Position numbers and translations under genes: made by a program. This document shows positions 45,043-53,694 of a stretch of DNA of 53,694 bases, in pieces. The notes below the pieces were generated by a model that was not told the DNA's origin, made no database searches, and saw only the letters and a list, made by a program, of their open reading frames with translations. The stretch covers positions 1 through 53,694 of the IMG/VR virus record IMGVR_UViG_3300027736_000062. One strand, given 5' to 3'. Within the stretch, counting starts at the first letter, position 1, and each line of letters opens with the position of its first letter. Origin of the DNA: a virus. Lineage: Duplodnaviria; Caudoviricetes.

Positions 45043-45674
45043 GAATCCCTCACAATCGCCTGACGATCAGCGGCACGAGTGACGTTCTCCGTCTTCAGGA
45101 CTTCAATGATTCTGTCGTAGTTGCTTTGCCACATAGGCATGCGCTCGTCGTTCTTGAGGAACGGCATGGCTTGCAGCAAAGTGCCATACAGCAGCGCTTG
45201 TGGCGCGTACTGGGTGAACCAGTTGGACTGGTTCGATGAGTCCAAGGGCTGCACTCGCTCGTAGTACAGCACCTCGTAGTTATAGCCCAGCGTGGGCGTT
45301 GGGCCTATCAGCCAATGCTCATAGTCGTAGTCGCAAAAGAACAGCGGCACGTCCGTTGACGTTGGGTTTGGCCAATACTCGCGGATGTACTCGTAGGTGC
45401 GCAGCAGCACAGGCTGGCGCTTGCCTGACACGGTCACGTTCATAGACACCGTCTTGCGCCAGCGTGCGGGTTTTGGAATGACATTGGCAGATGCCACCAT
45501 GGTGCTTGTGACCACAGTCAGGTTGCCAAGAAATTTGATCTCAGCCGCAATGATTTGCTCCGCCAGCATAATGAACTGCGGAATCTTGTCCAATGTCTGC
45601 TGGTCGGTACGCTCCAGATAGGTCTGGATGTCGTCGACCAGCGAGTCATACGTCATTACGGCTGCGACTGTCAT
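45039..45674 (-). CDS. Head-to-tail adaptor (P22 gp4/T7 gp11-like)
   Basis: TY..L...I..YL.R...IP.FI.LAE; .PTP...Y..E..YY; LLYG.L.QA.PFLKNDER. Confidence 0.75.
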   Translation of the reverse strand: MTVAAVMTYDSLVDDIQTYLERTDQQTLDKIPQFIMLAEQIIAAEIKFLGNLTVVTSTMVASANVIPKPARWRKTVSMNVTVSGKRQPVLLRTYEYIREYWPNPTSTDVPLFFCDYDYEHWLIGPTPTLGYNYEVLYYERVQPLDSSNQSNWFTQYAPQALLYGTLLQAMPFLKNDERMPMWQSNYDRIIEVLKTENVTRAADRQAIVRDS

Positions 45675-45685
45675 TTTGTTCTCCG

Positions 45686-46027
45686 TTATCCGACGTTGCG
45701 CTCAAAGTGCGGGCAATCGACCAGAGATTTAAAATTGCCACCCCAGCGGTTTTTAGGGTGCAAAGACTCCCAATATGCGCCAAGCGGAGCGATCTGCTCC
45801 TTGTCCCAGATTATCTTCCCGTCCTTGAAAAAATTCAAGTCGATAGCGCAGCGCTTTAAATGAATGCTGTTCAGGGTCTTGGAGCGGCCCGTCTTGACGT
45901 AAATGGCCTGCTGCTCAGGGGTACGGGCCAACTCGCCTCCAGTGACCATCCAGCCCTGTTCTGTGGCGTATTGGACCAGTTTGCAGGCGTCCAGCAGGAA
46001 CGCGGCTTGTTCTTGGCTAAGGCTCAT
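45686..46027 (-). CDS. Endolysin, M15 family L-Ala-D-Glu peptidase
   Basis: RT.EQQ, S.H....AIDL, WGG.F....D.PHFE. Confidence 0.88.
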   Translation of the reverse strand: MSLSQEQAAFLLDACKLVQYATEQGWMVTGGELARTPEQQAIYVKTGRSKTLNSIHLKRCAIDLNFFKDGKIIWDKEQIAPLGAYWESLHPKNRWGGNFKSLVDCPHFERNVG

Positions 46028-46536
46028 TTTTTGCTCCTCATGTCCGCCAGTTTCTCTACTGTCCTACCACCAAAATACGCGAGGAAGATTATTTGGCCCC
46101 ACTGGCCCAGCAAATTTACATAGCTTTCTTGTGCGTTAAACCCGAAGGCTGACATCATGGTGAACAAAAAGAACGCCACAAAAATGGCAATTAGGGCCAT
46201 TGGACGGATGTTCTTGGACAGCCAAGAGTCGGAAGACATATCAGCCTTCCAGCGATCAGTGACGTTGTTGTCTTGGCTGGCTTGAGCCGCCAACAGGGCT
46301 TTGAGTTCCTCTTGCTCCAACCGAGCCTTTTCGATGCCTAGCTCAAGCAGGCGCTCTTCGTGATCGTACTGAAGCTGGCGCAGCTTGCTGACCTCTTCGG
46401 GACTTGGGTTGTCAGAGATCTTGACTCCAAGGGCGTTCTCGACAACCTCTTTGCCCTTTGCTTGGATTGCAGATGACAAAAGACCCAAGCCGTTTTGAGC
46501 AAGGGTCCCGAGTAGTGATGCAACGATTGGAATCAT
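46024..46536 (-). CDS. Holin (3TM, GTA-type)
   Basis: RW.ADM.SDSWLSKNIRP, two TM helices, AYFGGRT.EK; adjacent to the endolysin. Confidence 0.75.
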   Translation of the reverse strand: MIPIVASLLGTLAQNGLGLLSSAIQAKGKEVVENALGVKISDNPSPEEVSKLRQLQYDHEERLLELGIEKARLEQEELKALLAAQASQDNNVTDRWKADMSSDSWLSKNIRPMALIAIFVAFFLFTMMSAFGFNAQESYVNLLGQWGQIIFLAYFGGRTVEKLADMRSKK

Positions 46537-46537
46537 G

Positions 46538-46891
46538 TCAGTCCTTTCCAGTCAAAGTTTTGATTGCCTTGTTCACTGGAACCTTTTCTTCCAAAATGGC
46601 AATGTGCATTCGGTTTTCAGCAATCTGGTCGCGGTTGCGTTGAATCTCTTTTTCAAGGTCTTGGCGCAGTTTTTCACGGGCCAGTTCGGCTCCGGTGTTT
46701 GACGCCTGCTTGTTGTCCGATGTGACAACGAGCGAAATTTTGCTGTTGAGGATGGTGACCTCGTGCGCCAAATTGGACAAGGCACTCATGAGGTAAACAA
46801 CGCAAGAAAAAAGCAGAGGCAAAAGAGCAAAAGTGATCTTCTCAATGAGTTGACCCTTGGCCTCCATGTTCTGAATTTTCTCCTCGCTCAT
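46538..46891 (-). CDS. Membrane-anchored coiled-coil protein (lysis region)
   Basis: N-terminal TM helix followed by coiled coil. Confidence 0.6.
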   Translation of the reverse strand: MSEEKIQNMEAKGQLIEKITFALLPLLFSCVVYLMSALSNLAHEVTILNSKISLVVTSDNKQASNTGAELAREKLRQDLEKEIQRNRDQIAENRMHIAILEEKVPVNKAIKTLTGKD

Positions 46892-47107
46892 TTAAATTCC
46901 CAGTAATTTTTTGACAAAGTCTGCGGCTACCCCGGGGCCAAGCAGCACGGCAAGAATGACTACATACAAGAGGTATTCAATCCTGTTCATGCGCTTGGAA
47001 CCATCATCAAATCGGGCTTGTATGCCCTCATATCGTTGAGCGCAAATTGCCTCGTGAACACTTAAACGCTTGTCGGTTTCAGTGGCAAGCTCTTCAATTT
47101 GTTCCAT
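46892..47107 (-). CDS. XhlA-like small membrane protein
   Basis: L..HE..CA.RY coiled coil with C-terminal TM helix. Confidence 0.7.
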   Translation of the reverse strand: MEQIEELATETDKRLSVHEAICAQRYEGIQARFDDGSKRMNRIEYLLYVVILAVLLGPGVAADFVKKLLGI

Positions 47108-47122
47108 GAGGCAATTCCCGCT

Positions 47123-47284
47123 TTACTCTACTACTGTCACGTCAGCAGGGGCTGCGGGTGCAGCTTGGGCTTGCGCCTCTTGCTGGATGCCATTGATCAA
47201 TTGCTGCACCTGAATAAAAGGCTGATTGCCCAAATATTGCAGGATTGCGTTGACCAGCTCAGTTGAAAGTGCAATTTTTTGCAT
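47123..47284 (-). CDS. Small tail-fibre-associated protein (53 aa)
   Basis: Manually translated MQKIALSTELVNAILQYLGNQPFIQVQQLI...; GGAGAG SD. Confidence 0.7.
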   Translation of the reverse strand: MQKIALSTELVNAILQYLGNQPFIQVQQLINGIQQEAQAQAAPAAPADVTVVE

Positions 47285-47339
47285 GAAATACTCTCCGTGT
47301 AATTGCCGCTGTTAGGGCCAGCGGTTTGCCCGTTTGAGA

Positions 47340-47564
47340 TTATGCCGCAGCAGCCTGCAAAGGACCAAGATCTTCAGTTGTCCAAAAGTCTTTGGCCAGC
47401 ATGATCTTGAGGTGCTCTTTGTTGCGCGACACAGTGTCGGCCCAGTCAGCATCTTCCATGCGCTCAGGCTTGCCGCCGTTGATCAGGTTCACTGAGTCCA
47501 TTGCGGCGCTGTAGTGGCGTGCAATCTCTTCGGCGGTGGGCTTGTTTTGAACAATGTCAGTCAT
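47340..47564 (-). CDS. Small tail-fibre-associated protein
   Basis: AAGGAG SD; EEIA.HYSA..DSV.LI...RN.EHL.IM..K..W. Confidence 0.75.
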   Translation of the reverse strand: MTDIVQNKPTAEEIARHYSAAMDSVNLINGGKPERMEDADWADTVSRNKEHLKIMLAKDFWTTEDLGPLQAAAA

Positions 47565-47566
47565 GT

Positions 47567-47890
47567 TTAGGCTCCTTGTTGCCACGGTAGGGTTTGGTTA
47601 ATAACGGGTGGGTTGTTGCTTGCATCAATTTGCGCTTGCAAGTCTGCCTCAATTGCGGTGCGGTCAATTTGTGGGTTAACCCAACCCCACACTTGCTCTT
47701 GCGTGAGTTGGTTGTACGGCGTAAACGGAGAGCCAGTTGCGTATGTCACATCAACCGAACCAAAAGCATTTGCGGCTCCATTGTCGGCGATTGCTTGGCA
47801 TTTCCAATTAACCTGAAACACCACATCCGTTTGACCGTCCTGCTGTGGGTAAGCAGGAAGTCCAAGAATAATCCAATTAAATTGTGTCAT
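47567..47890 (-). CDS. Tail fibre chaperone-like protein
   Basis: W.I..L......DG..DVV..V.W...FTPY.QLT..QV.GW...LPW; directly after the fibre gene. Confidence 0.7.
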   Translation of the reverse strand: MTQFNWIILGLPAYPQQDGQTDVVFQVNWKCQAIADNGAANAFGSVDVTYATGSPFTPYNQLTQEQVWGWVNPQIDRTAIEADLQAQIDASNNPPVINQTLPWQQGA

Positions 47891-47898
47891 TTTTTTCC

Positions 47899-50800
47899 TT
47901 ACAAGAGGTAGGTGACTGTTGCGCCGTCCATTGAAACGGTATCAATGAAAAATATGGCTTTGTAGTACTGACCGGCGAAGCCGGGTGTCCAAATTAAAGT
48001 GCCGCCGCTGGTCGATACTGTCCCAGTGTATGAATACCCGTTAACAGCATATGTGACAACTGGAGTTCCAAGCGTCCAAGTTGGCGAAGCGCTTCCTTGT
48101 CGACCATAGTTGGCAACAAATTCAATTTCAGCCGCGTCAGACGCAACCGCGTGAACAACCATTATGCGAACTTTAATGAATGTCCAATTGTTTGTTCCCA
48201 GATTGGAAACCGTAAGTAAATTGACAGCGGCTGAACTAGCCCATGAAGTCAACATACGAATAGCAGATGTAGCATTACTTCCCGTTGAGTTATATTCAGT
48301 AGCACATCCGTTTGACCCGTCAATCACTGTTATAGGCGCACCATCCCCGTCAGACAAAACAATGCGGTTGCTTGCTGTGCGGAAGTCAAAGCCGTAAGAA
48401 TTGCCAGTAAATCCACCAATGATGACATTTTTTGAACCTGTGGTCATAGCATAACCACAGCCGTTTGTTGTGTCGTTTGTACCAACAAAAGTATTGCCAG
48501 TACCAGTTGTCATGAAGTAGCCAGAGGCTGTTCCAATAACTGTATTGTTGCCCCCAGTGGTTTTGCTAAACCCGGCTTGAGCGCCAATAAACACGTTTGA
48601 ATTTGATGTGTTGTTATAACCAGCCTGAAATCCCAGAGCCACAATGTTTACACCAGTGGTATTTGCAGAAGCCGCTTGATAACCGACGGCAGTGCTGTTG
48701 CCGCCTGTGGTGTTGGAGTAGAGGGCAAAGCGGCCAATGGCGGTATTAAAACTTCCAGTGTTGACTGCAAAGATTGCGCCGTCACCGATTGCTACGTTAC
48801 TGCCACCAGTTGTACTTTGCACCAGAGCGTACGAGCCAATTGCGACGTTATTGCCGCCAGTAGTGTTATCCCTGCCAGCGCTATCACCCATGTAGGTGTT
48901 TGAAGAGCCTGTGGTGTTGTAGTAACCAGCCAAGCTACCGACAAAAGTGTCTGAGGTTGCAGTGGTTGTAAATTTACCAGCTTGATAGCCAATTGCAGTT
49001 AATTGAGATGCGGTGGTTGCATTATTGCCAGCTTGAAAACCTAATGCTGTGTTGCTTCCTGTGGTTGAATAAAACAGCGCTTGATAACCGACAGCCGTGT
49101 TGTTGGCTGATGTTGTGTTGGTTTGAAGTGCGCCGCTGCCGACTGCAACGTTAAAGTTTCCGGTCGTGTTGTAGTAGAGCGATGAGTCGCCAAGGGCAAC
49201 GTTGTTTGCGCCTGTTGTATTGGAATACAACGCAGGGGAACCCATAGCGACGTTGTAAGAGGCTGTTGTCGTTGCATAACCAGTAAGGCGACCAATAAAA
49301 ACGTTTAAGCCACCAGTTGTAGCGGAGTAACCTGCCTGATAACCTACAGCAGTGTTGTTAGATGCTGTGGTGTTGGCATTAAGAGCCTGTACTCCTAAAG
49401 CGGTGTTGCTTCCGCCTGTTGTGTTGGCTCGAAGTGCGCCAAGACCTATAGCTGTATTATTTGAACCTGTTGTTGTAAACTGCAGCGCAACATATCCAAG
49501 TGAAGTGTTGTAGTCACCCGTTGTGTTGCTGTCACTTGCTGAACGACCTATAGCGGTATTTTGAGTACCCGTAGTGTTATTTGCCAAAGCCTGTAAACCG
49601 AAAGCTGAATTATCGCTTGCAGTGGTGTTTGATAAAAGTGCGGCAAAACCTACAGCAGTATTATTGCTACCAGTTGTGTTTGAACCAAGCGCCCCATTAG
49701 TACCACCATAAGTACCATTTCCAACTGCGGTGTTTAAAGTACCAGTAGTGTTGCTATTTAGTGCATTATCACCAAACGCAGTATTGTTGGATGCCGTGTT
49801 AGAGCGCAAAGCACCACGACCCACGGCGGTCACACCATTACCAGTTGAATTTGAATACAAGGCTTGGTAACCAATAGCCGTATTTTCTTGTCCAGTTGTA
49901 TTTGTGTATCCAGCTTGGTAACCAACAGCGGTGTTGTAAGATGCTGTGGTGTTGGCTTGGAGGGCCGCCGCACCAAGTGCTGTATTGTAGCTACCAGTGG
50001 TGTTGCTATCTAATGTTTGATAACCAAAAGCGGCATTTGCAGTGCCAGTGGTGTTTGCATATAAAGCCTGATAACCCATTGCAGTAGCATCACCAGAGGT
50101 ATTGCTGTACATGGCTTGAGTACCAACGGCAACAACTCCATTACCACTATTTGACGTATACCCAGCTTGATAACCTACAGCAGTGTTGTTAGATGCTGTG
50201 GTGTTGGAGTAAAGGGCTTGTGAGCCAAAAGCCGTATTTGACGCACCCGTTGTATTGGAGTACATGGCAATGTAGCCTAAAGCAGAATTATCTGCCCCAG
50301 TATTTAAATACAAAGCAGAACGCCCAACAGAAGTGTTTTGAATTCCAGTGGTTACGGAGCCTAAAGAATTTAAACCAAACGCCGTATTTCCAGAGCCTGT
50401 GCTGTTGCTTTGTAAGGCCCCCGAACCCACCGCAGTGTTGGTAGACACAGCACCCGCACCACGGCCTACTGTGATGCCGTAAACAGTCAGGTCAGTGCCG
50501 CTGTACAGCAAGTTAGCAGAGTCAGTCAGCAAACCGCCAGTTGTTGCGTAAGTCACGCGGCCAGAAGTGAGGCCAGAGTCGGTCAAAGACGTAACCGTTA
50601 CACCTGCCAATGAAAGCGATCCAGCAACCGTTACAGCGCCGCCAAAGTAGGCAGCGCCAGCAGCAACATACAGCGAGTACGGGTTGGTCAGCGTGACGTT
50701 TGTCCCAGCGCTTGGAGCGCCTGCAATGTACAGGGTTGCTGCGTTGGTATAGGTGACGCTGGTGTTGGTCGCGGCAATTGGCGTGATGCCCAAGGAGGCG

Positions 50801-51723
50801 ATTGCACCAATTGCGTTGGTTGCGCTGATTGCCGAAGTGACATCGGTCACAGTACCCGTGCCCATGTACAGCTTGGCAGGCGTAGCAGCAGCAAACACAG
50901 CAGAGCCATTGAAACTGCTATTGCCGATCGTGACGGTTTTGACTAAGGTGCTCAGGCCAGTTGTCGAGTAGCCAGTTGACGATAAAGTTGTGCCGTCAAA
51001 AGTCAAGTTTGCAGAGTCAGCCTCAAGGCCAGCAGTGCTGGCAATAACTACCCGACCAGAGGTCAGGCTGGTGTTGGTGATGCTAGAGCTAGAAACGCCT
51101 GTAAGGCCCGTCAGGGACGTCACCCACTGCGGAGCAGTACCAGAGGAGGTCATGACCCTGTTCGCGGCTCCAATGGCCAAGAAGGTGGTCGTGGCCACGC
51201 CAGACTGGTAAGGGACCGATCCAGCAGCGCCGCCAGCAAGGTTGGTCGCTGTGTTGACCGTAACGCTGGTAGGCGCAACCCACTGCGGAACCGTTCCAGT
51301 CGATGTCAAGATGTAGTTGACAGTGCCAATGCCCAGTTTGGACAGCGTGTTGGTGGCTGATGCGTACAGCACGTCACCTTGGGTATAGGCAGACTGCGCA
51401 GTACCGCCATAGGTCGCTCCGAGGGCGTTGGTGAGGTTCAGCGTGGTCAGCGTGGTTGTGCTTGTTCCGCTGTTGAACGTCATCGCAGCATTACCAGCCA
51501 ACGCCCCTGCGTTGTTGTACTGGATCTGCGTGGTTGAGCCGCCAATCGTGCCAGCACCCTTGGTTGCAATTACCTGCACAACGCCTGCGTTGTCCTCGTA
51601 ATACAGCTTGCCGTCGGTGATGTTAATTGCCAATTCACCTTGCGCAAGATTTGCCGCCAAAGGCACGGCAGATGCAGTTGTCGAAAAGTAAAGTTGAATT
51701 GGTGTGTAGTTCGTTGCAGCCAT
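47899..51723 (-). CDS. Tail fibre with ~14-aa NTTG/N.A.G beta-roll repeats
   Basis: N-terminal P....L..GELAIN..DGKLYY anchor; dozens of (S/A)NTTG..NTA.G..AL repeats; distinct C-terminal tip. Confidence 0.85.
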   Translation of the reverse strand: MAATNYTPIQLYFSTTASAVPLAANLAQGELAINITDGKLYYEDNAGVVQVIATKGAGTIGGSTTQIQYNNAGALAGNAAMTFNSGTSTTTLTTLNLTNALGATYGGTAQSAYTQGDVLYASATNTLSKLGIGTVNYILTSTGTVPQWVAPTSVTVNTATNLAGGAAGSVPYQSGVATTTFLAIGAANRVMTSSGTAPQWVTSLTGLTGVSSSSITNTSLTSGRVVIASTAGLEADSANLTFDGTTLSSTGYSTTGLSTLVKTVTIGNSSFNGSAVFAAATPAKLYMGTGTVTDVTSAISATNAIGAIASLGITPIAATNTSVTYTNAATLYIAGAPSAGTNVTLTNPYSLYVAAGAAYFGGAVTVAGSLSLAGVTVTSLTDSGLTSGRVTYATTGGLLTDSANLLYSGTDLTVYGITVGRGAGAVSTNTAVGSGALQSNSTGSGNTAFGLNSLGSVTTGIQNTSVGRSALYLNTGADNSALGYIAMYSNTTGASNTAFGSQALYSNTTASNNTAVGYQAGYTSNSGNGVVAVGTQAMYSNTSGDATAMGYQALYANTTGTANAAFGYQTLDSNTTGSYNTALGAAALQANTTASYNTAVGYQAGYTNTTGQENTAIGYQALYSNSTGNGVTAVGRGALRSNTASNNTAFGDNALNSNTTGTLNTAVGNGTYGGTNGALGSNTTGSNNTAVGFAALLSNTTASDNSAFGLQALANNTTGTQNTAIGRSASDSNTTGDYNTSLGYVALQFTTTGSNNTAIGLGALRANTTGGSNTALGVQALNANTTASNNTAVGYQAGYSATTGGLNVFIGRLTGYATTTASYNVAMGSPALYSNTTGANNVALGDSSLYYNTTGNFNVAVGSGALQTNTTSANNTAVGYQALFYSTTGSNTALGFQAGNNATTASQLTAIGYQAGKFTTTATSDTFVGSLAGYYNTTGSSNTYMGDSAGRDNTTGGNNVAIGSYALVQSTTGGSNVAIGDGAIFAVNTGSFNTAIGRFALYSNTTGGNSTAVGYQAASANTTGVNIVALGFQAGYNNTSNSNVFIGAQAGFSKTTGGNNTVIGTASGYFMTTGTGNTFVGTNDTTNGCGYAMTTGSKNVIIGGFTGNSYGFDFRTASNRIVLSDGDGAPITVIDGSNGCATEYNSTGSNATSAIRMLTSWASSAAVNLLTVSNLGTNNWTFIKVRIMVVHAVASDAAEIEFVANYGRQGSASPTWTLGTPVVTYAVNGYSYTGTVSTSGGTLIWTPGFAGQYYKAIFFIDTVSMDGATVTYLL

Positions 51724-51732
51724 AATTTTTCC

Positions 51733-53694
51733 TTAGAAAGTCCCGCCCGAGATGCCAGACCAAACGGGTCCAGTTGCACCCGCTGTCAGCACATAACCCT
51801 GCGTGCCAAGCGCTAGTTTAGACAATGTTGTTGCGCCACTTGCGTAGAGCGTATCGCCAACCGTGTAACTTGTCAGATTTGTTCCGCCAAGATTAACAGG
51901 AACAGTGGTCAAAGAGATGACCGAACCAGTAATCACAATTGGTGATGTCCCTGTGTAAACCTGCGACGAGCTGAATTCAGCAAACGTGATTGCCGTCGTG
52001 CCAAAGGTGATGGTCCCAACAGTGGTTACAACAAAAGAAGTGTTCTTGTTGACGGTCCCGTTTTGGGTGAAGAAGTAATCGTTCTGGCTAAGTTGGTTGG
52101 CCCCAGTGCCGTAGGTGTCTGCGTCAGTTGCACGAGTCAACACCGTACCGCCCGTGGCCCATGTGTAGACGCCGTTGTAAGCTTGGTTGGCCTCGTCCTT
52201 GATCAGAACTCGGTTTGTGTTAGCCAGTGTATAGCCATCAAGAACAGTCAATGCCACGGATAATGTGAGGGTCGCTCCAACACCAGCCGTGCCGTTGTTG
52301 TAAGTGACCGTGCCACCTGTCGTCGTAGCAAGGGTCGTGGTTGTTGCCGCCTGCACAGGCTGGTGAAAAGTCAAGCCAACCGCAGCGGTGGTGTCCACAT
52401 ACTGTTTAGTTGCAAGCTGGAGGGCTGTTGTTGGGTCCTGAGTGACTGCAACAGAGGTCAAGCCACCAAGCGTCAATGAGCTGCTGCCAAGCGAGATTGC
52501 AGTCGTACCAACAGTCACAGAGCTGTTTGTCAGCGAGGCGTTACCAATATTGGAAAGCGTGTTGCTTGCGCCGCTGATGGTTTTGTTTGTCAGCGTTTGC
52601 GTGCCTGTCAAGGTCGCCACAGTCGAATCAATTGCAACAGTCACCGCAGCAGAGCCGTTGTAGCTCGTGCCAGTAAGGCCAGTGCCAATGGTCAGGCTAA
52701 ACAGGTTTGACCCAAGTGAGACGCCAGAGATCGTGCTGTTGGTCAGCGACGCATTGCCAATGTTGGTCAGCGTGTTACCTGTGCCACTGATTGACTTGTT
52801 GGTCAACGTGTCGGTGGTAGTACGAGCTACCAAGGTGTCTGTGATTGTCGGCAGGGTCAGTGTGCCAGTGTTGACGATGGTCGCAATGACTGGAGCCGTC
52901 AAAGTCTTATTGGTCAACGTCTGTGATGCGGACAATGTCACTACATCTATACCACCAACGGTTACCGCAGTTGCGTTGAACGTACCACCCGTCACCGTCT
53001 TGCCAGTGAAGGTCAGCGCGGCAGGCAGCGAAAGCACAACAACAGACGTTCCCGTTGCGGTTATTTCGTTTGCGGTTCCAGATACAGACGCCACCGCTCC
53101 GATGCCGCTTGGAGTGATTGTCAAATTAGCTGCGGCAGTCAGTTGACCTTGGGCGTTGACGGTGAAAGTTCCCACCTGAGTCGAAGACCCGTAGGACCCA
53201 GCGGTCACGGCGGTGTTGGCAAGTGAAATAGTGCCTGAGCCTGTGATAGGACCGCCCGTAAGCCCAGTCCCTGTATTGATCAAGGTCACGCCACCAGAGA
53301 GCGAGAATTGACGCCATGCGCCCGTGGAATAGCCCTCGTAGGCCCCGTCGGTGCTGTTATAGCGGATCTTCCCGTCTGCGCCAGAAGGCCTTTGGCCAGT
53401 GGTTCCCACGGGGATGAAGATTGACCCAGTGCCGGGGATGATAGGGTTGGACGCCAAACCAATGGTGGGGTTGCCAGCCGTGCCGTCCGCGTTGAACACG
53501 GCAGTCTGGTCAACCACGTTCAAGATTGACGTCGCCGACAGAGCACCAGCCGTGGTGATCACCATCAAGCCGTTGGCGCTCAGGTTGGCCAGATTCAGGA
53601 CTTGGCCAGCTAGAGTGATTGTAGGGTCGCCAGAAACGCCGCTTCCATTGGAAATTGACAGGCCCACGCCAGAAACGGCGATGGAACGGCCTGT
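51733..53694 (-). CDS. 3' part of tail fibre/structural gene (starts at 474 across the junction)
   Basis: QTLTNKT repeats, G.IRYN....EGY, ATKQYVD, RVLIKD....NG.Y....LTRA.D motifs. Confidence 0.85.
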   Translation of the reverse strand, partial: TGRSIAVSGVGLSISNGSGVSGDPTITLAGQVLNLANLSANGLMVITTAGALSATSILNVVDQTAVFNADGTAGNPTIGLASNPIIPGTGSIFIPVGTTGQRPSGADGKIRYNSTDGAYEGYSTGAWRQFSLSGGVTLINTGTGLTGGPITGSGTISLANTAVTAGSYGSSTQVGTFTVNAQGQLTAAANLTITPSGIGAVASVSGTANEITATGTSVVVLSLPAALTFTGKTVTGGTFNATAVTVGGIDVVTLSASQTLTNKTLTAPVIATIVNTGTLTLPTITDTLVARTTTDTLTNKSISGTGNTLTNIGNASLTNSTISGVSLGSNLFSLTIGTGLTGTSYNGSAAVTVAIDSTVATLTGTQTLTNKTISGASNTLSNIGNASLTNSSVTVGTTAISLGSSSLTLGGLTSVAVTQDPTTALQLATKQYVDTTAAVGLTFHQPVQAATTTTLATTTGGTVTYNNGTAGVGATLTLSVALTVLDGYTLANTNRVLIKDEANQAYNGVYTWATGGTVLTRATDADTYGTGANQLSQNDYFFTQNGTVNKNTSFVVTTVGTITFGTTAITFAEFSSSQVYTGTSPIVITGSVISLTTVPVNLGGTNLTSYTVGDTLYASGATTLSKLALGTQGYVLTAGATGPVWSGISGGTF
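53542..53694. repeat. Terminal overlap, copy 2
   Basis: Matches 1-153 with two mismatches. Confidence 0.95.

Noticed and set aside
47899-51723. Diversity-generating retroelement acting on the fibre
   Set aside because: No reverse transcriptase; internal repeats are identical rather than adenine-specific TR/VR variants

Overview
The window is an essentially complete, circularly permuted genome (about 53,541 bp after removing a 153-nt end overlap) of a tailed phage with P22-like podovirus architecture. A long minus-strand late operon encodes terminase small/large subunits, portal, GroES-like co-chaperonin, scaffold, major capsid, adaptors, tail hub, two tail fibres, holin/M15 endolysin and four ejection-type proteins. 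A divergent early region encodes a Cro-like HTH, a DUF1376/YdaU-type initiator with internal iterons, a Zn-finger primase fragment, an SF4 helicase, RusA, a Ref-like nuclease, ArdC, an SSB-like protein and a PD-(D/E)XK exonuclease. I found no integrase, CI repressor, tRNA, CRISPR array or reverse transcriptase. Gene content resembles uncultured freshwater (beta)proteobacterial phages, which is an inference only. The most interesting signal is a recurring [FYML]-x-x-G-G motif. It is arrayed about a dozen times in a basic Met/Lys-rich virion-region protein. It separates apparent effector domains in a ~1300-aa polyvalent protein between terminase and portal, which is followed by a convergent small gene with its own sigma70 promoter. 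It also precedes a tape-measure-type GPGxGxSDxIPAxLxxGEFV domain in a 2100-aa ejection protein. Together these suggest a di-glycine-tagged virion cargo/polyprotein system. Other notable items are initiator-type palindromes duplicated at the early/late boundary inside a highly structured non-coding RNA region, a repeated early promoter/operator cassette, an AGCGA element before many early start codons, and a long (Thr-Thr-Gly)n tract. All family assignments are from motif recognition, not database searches.
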